NCBI RefSeq assembly: GCF_900447535.1
Contig: NZ_UFXX01000002.1
Span: 496,561-560,560 of the forward strand
Source: Dermacoccus nishinomiyaensis
GTDB taxonomy: Bacteria > Actinomycetota > Actinomycetes > Actinomycetales > Dermatophilaceae
Direction: 5' to 3'
DNA: 64,000 nucleotides
The translations under genes and the position numbers were made by a program. The notes beneath the pieces are model-generated. The model worked only from the letters and a program-made list of their open reading frames with translations, was not told where the DNA came from and searched no databases. Below are positions 1 to 10,365 of this stretch, piece by piece (the stretch's first letter is position 1; each line of letters begins with the position of its first letter).

Positions 1-673
1 CCACCTTGAACCAGCGGATCTCCTCGACGGTGTCGCCCCAGAACTCCAGGCGCACCGGGTGATCCTCGGTGGGCGGGAACACGTCGAGGATGCCACCGCG
101 CACGGCGAACTCGCCGCGGCGCTCGACCATGTCGACGCGCGTGTAGGCCGCGGCGACGAGGGCTTCCACGATGTCCTCGAGCGGGCGCTCGTCACCTGCG
201 GCGAGGCTCACGGGTTCGAGGTCGCCGAGGCCCTTCGCCATGGGCTGCATGAGGGCGCGCACCGACGCGACGACGACGCGGACGGGCCCGTACGTCCCGC
301 CCGCTTCCGGGTGCCTGAGGCGGCGCAGCACGGCGAGACGCCGCCCGACCGTGTCGGAACGCGGCGACATGCGCTCGTGCGGCAGCGTCTCCCACGACGG
401 GAACTCGGCGACGTCGTCGTAGTCGACGAAGTTGCGCAGGGCCGTCGCCATGTCGTCGGCCTCGCGCCCCGTCGCGGTGACGACGAGCATCGGCCCCGCC
501 GCGTCGCCGCCAGTCTGCAGCAGAGCCGCCACGAGAGGAGCGCGCAGACCGGCCGCGGCCGCGATGTCGACGAGCGACTCGTCCGCGGCCAGCGCGAGCA
601 GCCGCTTGACGGACTCGTCGGCGCACACGCGCGTCAGCAGGGGCGCGAGCGGCAGGTGTGCGGCCTCGGGCAT
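1..673 (-). CDS. mfd: Transcription-repair coupling factor Mfd, N-terminal part. The gene runs leftward out of the window, so the 3' end is missing.
   Basis: Hand translation of the minus strand from the ATG at 673..671 gives [16 protein letters not shown]...[38 protein letters not shown], which contains the Mfd/UvrB-homology N-domain signature. It is absent from the ORF track because there is no in-window stop. Confidence 0.8.
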   Translation of the reverse strand, partial: MPEAAHLPLAPLLTRVCADESVKRLLALAADESLVDIAAAAGLRAPLVAALLQTGGDAAGPMLVVTATGREADDMATALRNFVDYDDVAEFPSWETLPHERMSPRSDTVGRRLAVLRRLRHPEAGGTYGPVRVVVASVRALMQPMAKGLGDLEPVSLAAGDERPLEDIVEALVAAAYTRVDMVERRGEFAVRGGILDVFPPTEDHPVRLEFWGDTVEEIRWFKV

Positions 674-778
674 GCGGGCTCCTTCGTCGAATCGGTGACG
701 ACGCACGCAGGCGCCGCGCGCGCCCGGAAGGGGCGACGGCTTCGCCGGCGGGCGACGCGTGAAGTCTAGAACGGGGCG

Positions 779-805
779 GCGACAACCCCGGAATTCCAGG
801 CATTC
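779..805. promoter_or_regulatory. Copy A of a 23-nt near-palindromic motif (CGACAACCCCGGAATTCCAGGCA) in the mfd upstream region. Copy B lies at 61859..61881.
   Basis: 21 of 23 positions match the second copy. The motif has a GAATTC-centred palindromic core and sits about 110 bp upstream of the mfd start on the minus strand. Confidence 0.4.
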
Positions 806-858
806 ACCCCCTCATCACCCTGCGGGGCACGAACGATGGAGGGATACGCCGGGGGCAG

Positions 859-2427
859 TCACGGCCGTCCGAACAATTCCACGTCACGCGCCGTCGACGA
901 GCCGTCGAGACGCACGCGCGTCCACCCGTCGGGCGTCGGTTCGAGGACGACGCGCGGCGCGTCATCCCGCCCGGCTCGCTGGTCGCTGGGGCCGCGCTCC
1001 TCGATGACCCGGGCGTGCAGGAACGACGACCAGCGCGTTCGTACGATGACGTCGCGTGAGGGTTCGACCCGCAGGATGAGGTGGGAGGAGGTCTTGTCCG
1101 TGATCGTGGCGCCGTCGGTGACGAGCGGCTTGGCGTCCGGCACCTCGAACACGCGCCACTGGTCGTTCAACCATACCTCGTGCCAGCCCGGGGGCGTCGC
1201 GGCGACGGTGCGCCACTGCCCCGTCTTCTTCACCGGATGGCGGTTGAGAGCGACGTAGCGCACCGCCGAATCCTGCAGCCACCCGGTGAGTTCCGCGTCG
1301 GAGATGTGCGCCTCGCGGTCGACGAACGCGTCGGAGAGGCTGCGGTCGGCCTGCGTCTCGTACCCGCGCGCCAACCAGAAATCCTCTGCCAGGACGAACG
1401 CCGAGGTGTGCGTGCCGTCGGCGACGACCTCGATGCGGCTGTTCTCGATGCCGGGCAACGCCTGGAGCGCGTCCGACAGGGGCCGGTACACCGTCACCGA
1501 CGACGCCGATGCGCGGGCGTCCGCGAGATCGTGGGCGGTGAAGTACCCCGACCAGACCAGGGCCGGCAGCACGGCGCACGCCGTCGACCGGTTGCTGTGG
1601 CGGGCCGTCGCGGCGACGGCGACGGGCAGCACCGCGAAGACGAGGCGCGCGAGGTTGGAGCCGAGCGCGTTGGGGACGGCGGAGAACACGAGCACCGCGA
1701 CGGCGGCGATGGCGATGGCGAGGACGACCGGTTTCGCAGGCTTGGCGAGCAGGAACAAGCCGAGAAGGACGAGGGAGGTGAGCGCTCTGCCCCAGCCATA
1801 CCCCTCTGGCCCACTGCTACCCCACACGAGCGACGAGACGCCCATGAAGGCGATGCCGACCAGGATGGGAACGAGCGAGATCCGACGGACGAGCAGCCCC
1901 GCCCCGAATCCGACGAGCACGAACGCCACCGCCACGGGTGAGGCGAGGCCGCTGAGGATGACGAGCAGCGACGCCGTCCAGCGACGGTCGCGGATGGCGG
2001 CGTCAAGCGCCCCGAGGGCGATGACGGCACCGACGAGGAACGTCGTGCGGCCGGCGCCGAGCGTCATCACGGCGCTCAGCGTCGCGACCCACACGGCCAC
2101 GATCGGGCGCCGCACCTGCGTGACGGTGAGTGCCACAGCCCATGGGATAGCCGTGGCCGCGAGCGCGACGACGGCGTGGGCACCGAGGGCGGCCGACAGC
2201 CAGGGCACGAGGACGGAGTATCCGCCCGGAGGGTGGGCGCCGCTGTACCAGCTGAACCAGTAGCCGAGGCCCACGCCGTCCCGCGCCGCCTGAGCGCGCG
2301 CGAGCGCCGCCCACATGTCGCCCACACCGGGCGCGACGACGACGAAGAGCACGCCGGCGAGCGCGACCACCGCGGTCGCGAGCCAGGTGTGCAGCGCGAG
2401 CCGGCGGCTCACGCCCTCAGCGGGCAT
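859..2427 (-). CDS. Polytopic integral membrane protein with about 10 TM segments and a roughly 230-aa C-terminal soluble domain. It may be a GT-C-type glycosyltransferase; the function is unknown.
   Basis: A 522-aa ORF with a hydrophobic N-terminal two-thirds and a hydrophilic C-terminal third. Its start overlaps the pth stop by 11 nt, which suggests an operon. Confidence 0.6.
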   Translation of the reverse strand: MPAEGVSRRLALHTWLATAVVALAGVLFVVVAPGVGDMWAALARAQAARDGVGLGYWFSWYSGAHPPGGYSVLVPWLSAALGAHAVVALAATAIPWAVALTVTQVRRPIVAVWVATLSAVMTLGAGRTTFLVGAVIALGALDAAIRDRRWTASLLVILSGLASPVAVAFVLVGFGAGLLVRRISLVPILVGIAFMGVSSLVWGSSGPEGYGWGRALTSLVLLGLFLLAKPAKPVVLAIAIAAVAVLVFSAVPNALGSNLARLVFAVLPVAVAATARHSNRSTACAVLPALVWSGYFTAHDLADARASASSVTVYRPLSDALQALPGIENSRIEVVADGTHTSAFVLAEDFWLARGYETQADRSLSDAFVDREAHISDAELTGWLQDSAVRYVALNRHPVKKTGQWRTVAATPPGWHEVWLNDQWRVFEVPDAKPLVTDGATITDKTSSHLILRVEPSRDVIVRTRWSSFLHARVIEERGPSDQRAGRDDAPRVVLEPTPDGWTRVRLDGSSTARDVELFGRP

Positions 2428-3049
2428 GCACGAGGTTCTGTGCGTCGTCGAGACCGCGGTGGACGAGCAGTTCGACCGCCTCCGCGCCCGAGGGGATGAG
2501 GAAGTCGAGTTCGCGTCGCTCGGTCGCGGAGAAGTCCTTGAGTACGAAGTCGCTCACCTCCATGCGTCCGGGCGGGCGCCCGATGCCGAGGCGGACGCGC
2601 AGGTAGTCCTTCGTGCCGATGCTCTTGCTGATCGAGCGCAGCCCGTTGTGGCCGCCCTCGCCGCCACCGAACTTCAGGCGCACCGCGCCGAAGTCGATGT
2701 CGAGTTCGTCGTGGATGACGACGAGGCGCTCGGCGGGGATCTTGAAGAACTTCATGAGCGCGCTGACGGGGCCGCCCGATTCGTTCATGTATGTGCTCGG
2801 CACGGCGAGAACGACCTTCGGGCCGGGCAGCCCGCCCGGCAGCGTCCCCAACCGAATCTCTGCTGCGGCGGCGCGCGCCTTGTGCGCGCGCAGGGCGACG
2901 CCGGAGTCAGCGGCCATGCGCTCGACGACCATCGCACCCACGTTGTGCCGGTTGCCGGCGTACCGGGGCCCGGGGTTGCCGAGCCCGACCACCAGCCAGG
3001 GTTGCCTGCGCGCCTCATCCACGAGGCCCAAGTATGCCGGATCGCGCAT
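2417..3049 (-). CDS. pth: Peptidyl-tRNA hydrolase
   Basis: Contains LVVGLGNPGPRYAGNRHNVG and HNGLRS motifs and is about 200 aa long. It lies in the conserved pth-rplY-prs-glmU gene order. Confidence 0.9.
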   Translation of the reverse strand: MRDPAYLGLVDEARRQPWLVVGLGNPGPRYAGNRHNVGAMVVERMAADSGVALRAHKARAAAAEIRLGTLPGGLPGPKVVLAVPSTYMNESGGPVSALMKFFKIPAERLVVIHDELDIDFGAVRLKFGGGEGGHNGLRSISKSIGTKDYLRVRLGIGRPPGRMEVSDFVLKDFSATERRELDFLIPSGAEAVELLVHRGLDDAQNLVHAR

Positions 3050-3212
3050 GGGCGCACGCTGGGCACGTCGACGAAACGCGCGCCCTCATGCGCGATCGAG
3101 CCGACGACCGCGCCGCGACGGAACGCGAACGACGGGCTGCCGCTCACCAGGATCGGTGAGCGACGGCCCGTCGTCGTGAAGATCCGATGCCCGCGTGGAG
3201 GCGGGCGGCGGA

Positions 3213-3899
3213 TCACTCGGAGTCTTCGGAGCCCGCGGCGTCGCCCTCGGCGGGAGCCTCGGCAGCGTCGTCGCCCTCGGTCTCCTGGTCGGACTCCTCG
3301 TGCTCGATGCCGGCCTCGGCCTCGGCCTCGGCGAGCTCGGCATCGAGGGCCTCGGCGGAGATCTGCTCGGTGACGTTGATGACGAGCATCTCCTCGTCGG
3401 AGACGAGCTCGACACCGGACGGCAGCGTGATCTCCTTGGCGAGGATCTGCGTGCCGGCCTCGGCGCCCTCGACGGAGACGGTGAACGCCTCGGGGATGTC
3501 CGTGGCGGGCGTGAGGACCGTCAGCATGCCGTTCTCGGTCGTGACGACGGTCTCGGCGGCGGCCTCACCCTCGGCGTGGACCGGAACGTCGACCTCGACC
3601 TTCTCGCCCTTCTTGACGATGACGAGGTCGACGTGCTCGATGAAGCGACGGATGACCTCGCGCTGGACGTCGCGAGCGAGCGCGAGCTCCTCCTTGCCGT
3701 CGAAACGGATCGTGAGCAGCGCGTTCGGGTTCTTGACGGCCATCATCGTGTCGTGGCCGGGCAGTTCGAGGTGAACCGGCGTCTCGCCGTGCCCGTAGAG
3801 GACGGCGGGGATCATGTCGTTGCGGCGGATGCGGCGCGCGGCGCCCTTGCCGAACTCGGTGCGAAGCTGAGCTTCGAGAACGATCTGGTCAGCAGCCAT
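3213..3899 (-). CDS. rplY: 50S ribosomal protein L25 / general stress protein Ctc
   Basis: MAADQIVLEAQLRTEFGKGAARRIRRNDMIPAVLYGHG... with an acidic C-terminal tail. The start was chosen at the internal ATG at 3899; the longer ORF runs to 4064. Confidence 0.88.
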   Translation of the reverse strand: MAADQIVLEAQLRTEFGKGAARRIRRNDMIPAVLYGHGETPVHLELPGHDTMMAVKNPNALLTIRFDGKEELALARDVQREVIRRFIEHVDLVIVKKGEKVEVDVPVHAEGEAAAETVVTTENGMLTVLTPATDIPEAFTVSVEGAEAGTQILAKEITLPSGVELVSDEEMLVINVTEQISAEALDAELAEAEAEAGIEHEESDQETEGDDAAEAPAEGDAAGSEDSE

Positions 3900-4217
3900 G
3901 GTGGTGCCCTTCGGTGCGTCAGGACCGACGACGCGTGCCGCCGGAATGGTCGGTGGCCTCGTCGGGACGTGACGTGCGGACACGATGCGGGCGCGTCGAC
4001 GCAGGTCGGCGCGGGCGGCCTGGGGCCGCGGGATCTCGCAGACGAGCGCCACCGCGTCGATCACGGACGCTCGGGGCTCGCTGCGCGCGCCCGTCTCGTC
4101 CCTCGCCGAGGCAACCGGAACATTCTAGCGGGGCGGCGCGCGAACACGAAACGGCGTGAACGCGCAGCACCGCGCACCCCGGGTGGGATGCGCGGCGCCG
4201 CGTTCGTCAGGGTGAGA

Positions 4218-5201
4218 TCACTCCATCTCGTCGAACATGCTCGTCACGGAGCCGTCCTCGAAGACCTCGCGGATCGCCTGCGACAGCAGCGGTGCGATCG
4301 ACAGCACCGTCAGCTTGTCGAACTTCTTCTCGTCCGTGATCGGCAGCGTGTCGGTGACGATGACCTCGCGCGCCACCGAGTTCGCGAGCCGCTCGACCGC
4401 TGGGTCGGAGAAGATCGCGTGCGTCGAAGCGATGACGACGGACGCCGCGCCCGCGTTCATCAACGCATCGGCGGCGTGGCAGATCGTGCCGCCGGAGTCG
4501 ATCATGTCGTCGACGAGCAGGCACGTGCGGCCCTCGACGGAGCCGACGACGCGGTTCGCAACCGACTGGTTGGGGCGCGTGACGTCACGCGTCTTGTGGA
4601 TGAACGCCAGCGGCGCGCCGCTGAGGCGTCTGCTCCACGCCTCAGCGACCTTGATACGGCCTGCGTCCGGCGAGACGACGGCGAGGTTCTCATCGCCGTA
4701 CTTCTTCGCGACGTAGTCGGTGATGACGGGCAGCGCCTGCAGGTGGTCGACGGGGCCGTCGAAGAAACCCTGGATCTGGTCGGTGTGCAGGTCGACGGCC
4801 ATGAGGCGGTTCGCGCCGGCCGTCTTGAACATGTCCGCGACCAGGCGCGCCGAGATCGGCTCGCGACCGCGCGACTTCTTGTCCTGACGGGCGTAGCCGT
4901 AGAACGGCGCGACGACGGTGATGCGCTTCGCGGAGGCGCGCTTGAGCGCGTCGACCATGATGAGCTGCTCCATGATCCACTGGTTCACGGGAGCGGTGTG
5001 GCTCTGGATGACGAACGCGTCGCAGCCGCGCACGGACTCGTCGTAACGCACGTACGTCTCGGAGTTCGCGAAGTCGTACGCCTGCATCGGCACGAGCTGC
5101 GTGCCGAGGCCCTCGGCGACCGCCTTCGCGAGCTCGGTGTTGGCCCGCCCGGAGAAGACCATGAGGTTCTTCTCGGTGGTGCGCTTCATGGACAGGCTCA
5201 C
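4218..5201 (-). CDS. prs: Ribose-phosphate pyrophosphokinase
   Basis: 327 aa. Contains DLHTDQIQGFFDGPVDHL and the PRPP-binding CLLVDDMIDSGGTI motif. Confidence 0.93.
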   Translation of the reverse strand: MSLSMKRTTEKNLMVFSGRANTELAKAVAEGLGTQLVPMQAYDFANSETYVRYDESVRGCDAFVIQSHTAPVNQWIMEQLIMVDALKRASAKRITVVAPFYGYARQDKKSRGREPISARLVADMFKTAGANRLMAVDLHTDQIQGFFDGPVDHLQALPVITDYVAKKYGDENLAVVSPDAGRIKVAEAWSRRLSGAPLAFIHKTRDVTRPNQSVANRVVGSVEGRTCLLVDDMIDSGGTICHAADALMNAGAASVVIASTHAIFSDPAVERLANSVAREVIVTDTLPITDEKKFDKLTVLSIAPLLSQAIREVFEDGSVTSMFDEME

Positions 5202-6736
5202 TTCGTGATCCCTTCGTCTGCGGAGGATTCCTCGTCAACACTAGTGGACGCCGCTTCACCGGCGGCGGCCCGAGGCGAGGCGTGCGCGACGTCACGCGCG
5301 GCGTCCGCCGTCTTCGTCCCGGCACGGCGGCGCTCGACCCAGCCGTCGATGTTGCGCTGACGGCCGCGTGCGACGGCCATCTGGCCGGCCTCGACGTCAC
5401 CGTCGACGGCGCTGCCGGCGGCGACGTAGGCGCCCGGAGCGATCGTGACAGGCGCGATGAGCACCGAGTCGGATCCGACGAAACTGTGCGCGCCGACGTG
5501 CGTCGTGTGCTTGTTGACGCCGTCGTAGTTGGCGAAGATCGTGCCCGCGCCGATGTTGGCGCCCTCACCGATGACGGCGTCGCCGCAGTACGTGAGGTGC
5601 GGCACCTTGGCGCCGTCACCGATCTGCGCGTTCTTCGTCTCGACGAACCCGCCGATCTTGCCCTTCGCGCCGAGTTCGGTGCCCGGGCGCAGGTAGCTGA
5701 ACGGGCCGACGCTCGCGCCGGCGCCGATCGTCGCGAGGTTGGCCTGCGTGCGCACGACGGACGCGTCGTCGGCCACCTCCGTGTCGACGAGCGTCGTGTC
5801 GGGGCCGATCTCGCAGCGCGCACCGATCGTCGTCGCGCCGCGCAGCTGGGTGTTCGGCTGGACGACCGTGTCGCGGCCGATGGAGACGTCGACGTCGACG
5901 AACGTCGTCGCCGGGTCGATGACGATGGCGCCGTCACGCATGGCCTGCGCGACGACGCGACGGTTCAGCTCGCGGCCCATCGCGGCGAGCTGCACCTTGT
6001 CGTTGACACCCTCGGTCTGCCACAGGTCGGTGATCGTGTGCGCCTCGACGCGCCCACCGGCCGCGCGGGCCAGGGCGAGGACGTCGGTGAGGTACTTCTC
6101 GCCCTGGGCGTTGTCCGTCGTCACCTTCGCGAGGCTCTCACGCAGCACGATCGCGTCGAAGGCGTAGATGCCCGAGTTGATCTCACGGATGTCGAGCGCG
6201 TGCGCGAGCTTCGCGTCCCCGGCCTCGCGGGCGGCGAGAGCGTCCTTGTGCTCGATGATGCCGGCGACGGAACCGGATTCGTCGCGCAGGATGCGGCCGT
6301 AGCCGGTCGGGTTCTCGACCTCCGCGGTCAGCACGGTGACGGCGTTGCCGCCCGCCTCGTGCGCGCTCGTCAGGTCGACGAGGGTCTGCGTCGCGAGCAG
6401 CGGCACGTCGCCGTAGGTGACGAGGACGGTGCCGCTCAGGTCGGCCGGCAGGACGTCGAGGGCGCACTCGGCGGCGCGGCCGGTGCCCTTGATCTCGTCC
6501 TGATCGGCGATCGTCGCGCCCGACTCGAACTGCTCGATGTGCGCGGCGACGACGTCGCGCTGATGACGCACGACGACCGCGAGATGCTGCGGCTGCGTGC
6601 CGCGCGCCGCGTCGATGGCGTGGCCGAGCAGGCTGCGGCCACCGATCGTGTGCAACACCTTCGGGATGTCGGACTTCATACGGGTGCCCTCACCGGCGGC
6701 GAGGACGATGACGGCTGCGGGACGGGGTGCGCTCAC
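5198..6736 (-). CDS. glmU: Bifunctional UDP-N-acetylglucosamine pyrophosphorylase / glucosamine-1-phosphate N-acetyltransferase
   Basis: N-terminal VIVLAAGEGTRMKS nucleotidyltransferase motif and C-terminal left-handed beta-helix hexapeptide repeats. Its stop overlaps the prs start (ATGA). Confidence 0.93.
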   Translation of the reverse strand: MSAPRPAAVIVLAAGEGTRMKSDIPKVLHTIGGRSLLGHAIDAARGTQPQHLAVVVRHQRDVVAAHIEQFESGATIADQDEIKGTGRAAECALDVLPADLSGTVLVTYGDVPLLATQTLVDLTSAHEAGGNAVTVLTAEVENPTGYGRILRDESGSVAGIIEHKDALAAREAGDAKLAHALDIREINSGIYAFDAIVLRESLAKVTTDNAQGEKYLTDVLALARAAGGRVEAHTITDLWQTEGVNDKVQLAAMGRELNRRVVAQAMRDGAIVIDPATTFVDVDVSIGRDTVVQPNTQLRGATTIGARCEIGPDTTLVDTEVADDASVVRTQANLATIGAGASVGPFSYLRPGTELGAKGKIGGFVETKNAQIGDGAKVPHLTYCGDAVIGEGANIGAGTIFANYDGVNKHTTHVGAHSFVGSDSVLIAPVTIAPGAYVAAGSAVDGDVEAGQMAVARGRQRNIDGWVERRRAGTKTADAARDVAHASPRAAAGEAASTSVDEESSADEGITK

Positions 6737-6896
6737 GCGAGTGACTCCCTGCGGATCGACGATCGGTGGTCTGGCCCGCCCCGGCGGCCCACCCGGTGCG
6801 GGCGACGGGGCATATAGAGGTGACTCTACCGCCCACCACCGCCAGAGGCGCTGCGTGCATTCGTCGCGCTCCCCTGTACGCCTTCATGCTGGGTGC

Positions 6897-8096
6897 ATGT
6901 CACAGGCGATCGGCGACACCACCGTGCGTCACCAACGCGTCGGGTCGTTGGAGCTGTTCTGCGACCTCGTCTTCGTCGTCGCCATCGAGCGCCTCACCCA
7001 CCTGCTGCACGGCGACCCGGGTCGCGGGTGCATCGCCGCGACGATCGGGCTCACGATGCTCGTGTGGTTCGCATGGTTCAACGTGACGGCGCTGACGAAC
7101 GTGCGCGGCGGCATCGGCCCACGCGGACGCCCGCTCATGTTCGCCTCGATGGCCGGCGTCGGCGTGCTCGCACTCGGCGTCGAACCCCTCATCGACGGCC
7201 ATCCGTGGCTGTTCGCCGTCGGCTACGTCATCGCGCGCACGGCCGTGTGGCCGCTGTGGTGGAGCGGACGACGCGGCGCCGGCGCCATGCGTCCGCTGCT
7301 GTGGGGCCCAGGCGTCAGCGCCCTGTGGCTGCTCACCCCGCTCGTGCCCGAGCACCTGCTCGGCTGGGCGCTCGCCGCCCTCGCCTTCCTCGAGATGAGC
7401 CTGTTGCTGCTGCGCCCGGACGGCAAGGAGTCGGACGCGCCGCGCCTCAGCGGCCCGCACCTGGTCGAACGCATCGGCCTGTTCGTCATGATCGTGCTCG
7501 GCGAGAGCGTCGTGCAGATCGTCGACTCCCTCGACACCGAGCGCACGGCCATGACGTGGCTGACGGCCGACTGCAGCGCGCACCTGCACCCCGGATCGCT
7601 GACGTGCCTGCGCCTCGGGATGATTCTCGTGCACGTCGGCACGCAGTCGTTGACCCGTCAGACGTTCGCGACGAACCTCGGGCTGAAACCGCGACGCCGC
7701 CCGCAGACGGCCGCTGAGCGTGCACAGATGCGTCGTGAACAGGCTGCGGCCCGCGAAGAGCGGGCACGCGACGCAACGGGGGCGCCGCACGATCCGCAGG
7801 GCACCTGGCACGTGATCCTTGGCGGGTTGACGCAACTCGCGACGTATCTCGTCCCCGTCGTCGTCATCTGGTGGCTCGGCGGTCACTGGGCGCCGTGGAT
7901 CGTCATCACGTTGCTGTTCCTCTACGTCTCCGCGGCCATCTGGGTGCAGGGGTACGGCGAGCGCCGCATCACGGCCTATGTCGAGACCATGCGCGCCGGC
8001 GAGGTTGCCGGTGGTACCGGCACTGTCGGCGGGGACGTCGCGGGCGCAGCCGGCGCGAGCACTGCTGACGACGCGACGAACGGCCGCGCCGAATGA
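6897..8096 (+). CDS. LtrA (low temperature requirement A) family membrane protein
   Basis: ELFCDLVFVVAIERL near the N-terminus and ERIGLFVMIVLGESVVQIV later are LtrA family signatures. The start was set at the in-frame ATG at 6897 inside the longer ORF 6597..8096. Confidence 0.65.
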   Translation: MSQAIGDTTVRHQRVGSLELFCDLVFVVAIERLTHLLHGDPGRGCIAATIGLTMLVWFAWFNVTALTNVRGGIGPRGRPLMFASMAGVGVLALGVEPLIDGHPWLFAVGYVIARTAVWPLWWSGRRGAGAMRPLLWGPGVSALWLLTPLVPEHLLGWALAALAFLEMSLLLLRPDGKESDAPRLSGPHLVERIGLFVMIVLGESVVQIVDSLDTERTAMTWLTADCSAHLHPGSLTCLRLGMILVHVGTQSLTRQTFATNLGLKPRRRPQTAAERAQMRREQAAAREERARDATGAPHDPQGTWHVILGGLTQLATYLVPVVVIWWLGGHWAPWIVITLLFLYVSAAIWVQGYGERRITAYVETMRAGEVAGGTGTVGGDVAGAAGASTADDATNGRAE

Positions 8097-9127
8097 GCCG
8101 CATGAGCACCGCCGCCAGTGCGCCCGACAGCGGCGCCTCCCCTGGCGGCCGACCCGCTCCAGGGCGTGGTCGACGACTGGTGCGCCGGGTGGCGCGCGTC
8201 GTCGTCAAGCTGTTTCTCGTCGTGACGATCGCATCGTTGACGTTCAACGCCCTCGTGCGGCCGCCGCAGACGCTGCAGGCGCCCGACGGGCGCGACGTCG
8301 TCGTCGACGGCGCGCGCGTGCACTACCGCGTGTGGGGTTCGCACGGCACGCCGATCGTGCTCGTCCACGGTTTCGCCGAGTCGACGGTCGCGTGGTCGCT
8401 CACGGCGCCGGAGCTCGCGAAGAACCACGTCGTCTACGCCATCGACCTGCCCGGGGCGGGCTACTCGCAGTACACAGGCCACTACTCGATCGAGGATCAG
8501 GCGCGTGCCGTCACGGGTCTGATCGAGGCGTTGCACATCGAGCGGCCGGTGATCGTCGGGCACTCGCTGGGCGCGGCCGTCGTCGGGCGCGCGGCGCTGG
8601 ATGCCCCGGGCGCCATCGGCGGTGTGATCTTCGCCGACGGCGACGCCATGGCCTTCGAAGGACGATCGGCCGACCCTGGTGCGTGGACGGGCGTCGTCTC
8701 GCGCCTGCCGTACGTCACGACTCTCTACCGACTCGGCACGCAGACGAACGTGTTCGCGCGCCCGATCTTCGACGACCAGTGCGGTTCGACGTGTCGCGGC
8801 CTGCAAGGCCCCGACGCCGACCGACTGATCGACGCGTGGATGCGGCCGCTGCGCTCGCGCGACGCGGAGGACGCCATGCGCGTCATGGCCGCACACGCGA
8901 TGACGCACCTGAGCCCCGAGCAAGTGCGCACCATCCGCGTGCCGCGCGGCATCGTCTGGGGCGCCGAGGACGCGATGTCCGGCGGCTCGCTCCAGGTCGC
9001 GCAACAGAACTTCGCGGGCGCGCCGACGGCGACGATTCCGCAAGCCGGCCACCTGTCGATGGTCGCCGACCCGGCAGGTTTCGCGGCCGCGATCGAAACA
9101 CTGCTGACGCGGCTGCGAACGCCCTGA
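8093..9127 (+). CDS. Alpha/beta-fold hydrolase with an N-terminal membrane anchor
   Basis: HGFAES...GHSLGAAV nucleophile elbow, with His near the C-terminus (AGHLSMV). Its start overlaps the LtrA stop (ATGA). Confidence 0.75.
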   Translation: MSRMSTAASAPDSGASPGGRPAPGRGRRLVRRVARVVVKLFLVVTIASLTFNALVRPPQTLQAPDGRDVVVDGARVHYRVWGSHGTPIVLVHGFAESTVAWSLTAPELAKNHVVYAIDLPGAGYSQYTGHYSIEDQARAVTGLIEALHIERPVIVGHSLGAAVVGRAALDAPGAIGGVIFADGDAMAFEGRSADPGAWTGVVSRLPYVTTLYRLGTQTNVFARPIFDDQCGSTCRGLQGPDADRLIDAWMRPLRSRDAEDAMRVMAAHAMTHLSPEQVRTIRVPRGIVWGAEDAMSGGSLQVAQQNFAGAPTATIPQAGHLSMVADPAGFAAAIETLLTRLRTP

Positions 9128-9129
9128 CG

Positions 9130-10365
9130 TCAGGCGTTCGCCTGCTCTGCGGCCTGCGTGGTCTCGTCGACGAACTCCCAAGCAGCACGGGCTTGGGTGA
9201 CGTCGCCGGCCTCGGTGAAGCGGCGTGCTGCCTGCAGCGCGACGGCCGTCGCCTGCGTGATGTCGCCCTGTTCGCCGTAGGCGTGGGCGGCTGCGAGGTA
9301 CAGGCGCCCCTGCGTGCTCGGCGGCAGGTCGGCATCCTCGAGGGCGGCGCGGATGTCATCGAGCGCCTCATCCACGTGCCCCTGCGCCCGCGCGAACCGC
9401 GCACGCACGATGGCGAGGGTCGCCAATTCATCGGCGCTCTCGAGCAGGTCGAGGCGGCTCTTCGCTTCGCGTAACAGTTCCGCGACCCCGTCCTCGCAGC
9501 CGGCCTGGAGTCGCTCTTCCGCCGCAACGCGCGGAAAACGAGCCCAGTTACGGAAGTCTGCGGTGGGCGACAGGAGTTGGTTCGCTCGATCGTGCGCAGC
9601 CTTGCCGGCCTCGACGTCACCGCTGTGCCACGCCACGTTGCCGAGCACCCACTCGGCCAGGCCGCGAGTCGGGGTCTCTTCGAGCGCTGCGGCTGACTCT
9701 TCGAGCTCGTGGGCGTAGGCGCCGGCATCGTCATGCCCGGCTGAGATGGCGGCGATGAGTGCCTGCGCCGTCACGATCATGGGGAGGTGCGCGGACTGGC
9801 AGAGTCGCACGGCGTCCGCAGCGCTCGACGCGGCGAGCCGCGCGTCCCCGTCGAGACGCGCCGCCTTGGAGGTGAGGATACCGGCCCGCGCTTCGAGCAA
9901 GCTGGAGCCGACCGCGCGCGTAGCTGTCAGGTGAGCCGTGGCCTCAGCGACTGCCTCGCGGTAGTGCCCGAGGTCGATGTTGATCTCGACGAGCAAGGCA
10001 CCGATGAGAAGTGTGATGTCGGAACGTCCGACCGTCGACAGCTGGCGGCGGGCGTCCTGCGCCTGTTCGAAGGCAAGACCGAATGAACCCTGGCGCCACG
10101 AAAGAACGGCCTCGGAGTAAAGAGCAACCGCCTCGGCCTCTCCCGCCTTGCGGCGCCCGAACCCGGACAGATCGGAGGCACTCCCGAGCGTGCCGGGCTC
10201 GAGATTCAGCTTGGTCTCGAAGTAGCGAAGCATGTCCGGGGTCGGGGTCCGACGGCCCGATTCGAGGTGAGAGACGTAGCTGACGCTGCACCTGTTGCCC
10301 GCCAGTTCTGTCTGCGAAAGGCCCGCCTGTTTGCGCGCCGCCTTCAGGCGTTCACCAAAACTCAT
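9130..10365 (-). CDS. XRE-family helix-turn-helix transcriptional regulator with a long C-terminal TPR/helical-repeat domain
   Basis: N-terminal LSQTELAG..VSYVSHLESGRRTPT is an HTH_XRE motif. The remaining roughly 340 aa are Ala/Leu-rich helical repeats. Confidence 0.8.
   Translation of the reverse strand: MSFGERLKAARKQAGLSQTELAGNRCSVSYVSHLESGRRTPTPDMLRYFETKLNLEPGTLGSASDLSGFGRRKAGEAEAVALYSEAVLSWRQGSFGLAFEQAQDARRQLSTVGRSDITLLIGALLVEINIDLGHYREAVAEATAHLTATRAVGSSLLEARAGILTSKAARLDGDARLAASSAADAVRLCQSAHLPMIVTAQALIAAISAGHDDAGAYAHELEESAAALEETPTRGLAEWVLGNVAWHSGDVEAGKAAHDRANQLLSPTADFRNWARFPRVAAEERLQAGCEDGVAELLREAKSRLDLLESADELATLAIVRARFARAQGHVDEALDDIRAALEDADLPPSTQGRLYLAAAHAYGEQGDITQATAVALQAARRFTEAGDVTQARAAWEFVDETTQAAEQANA

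Noticed and set aside
59-803. Long ORFs on both strands: 59..769 plus, 236 aa; 192..803 minus, 203 aa.
   Set aside because: Both are Arg/Ala/Gly-rich with no motifs. They overlap, in other frames, a minus-strand frame that translates cleanly into the Mfd N-terminus. These are typical high-GC spurious ORFs.
3195-6817. 721-aa and 511-aa plus-strand ORFs.
   Set aside because: They are antisense to the strongly supported prs and glmU genes. Their composition is dominated by R/G/D/L repeats with no domain signatures.
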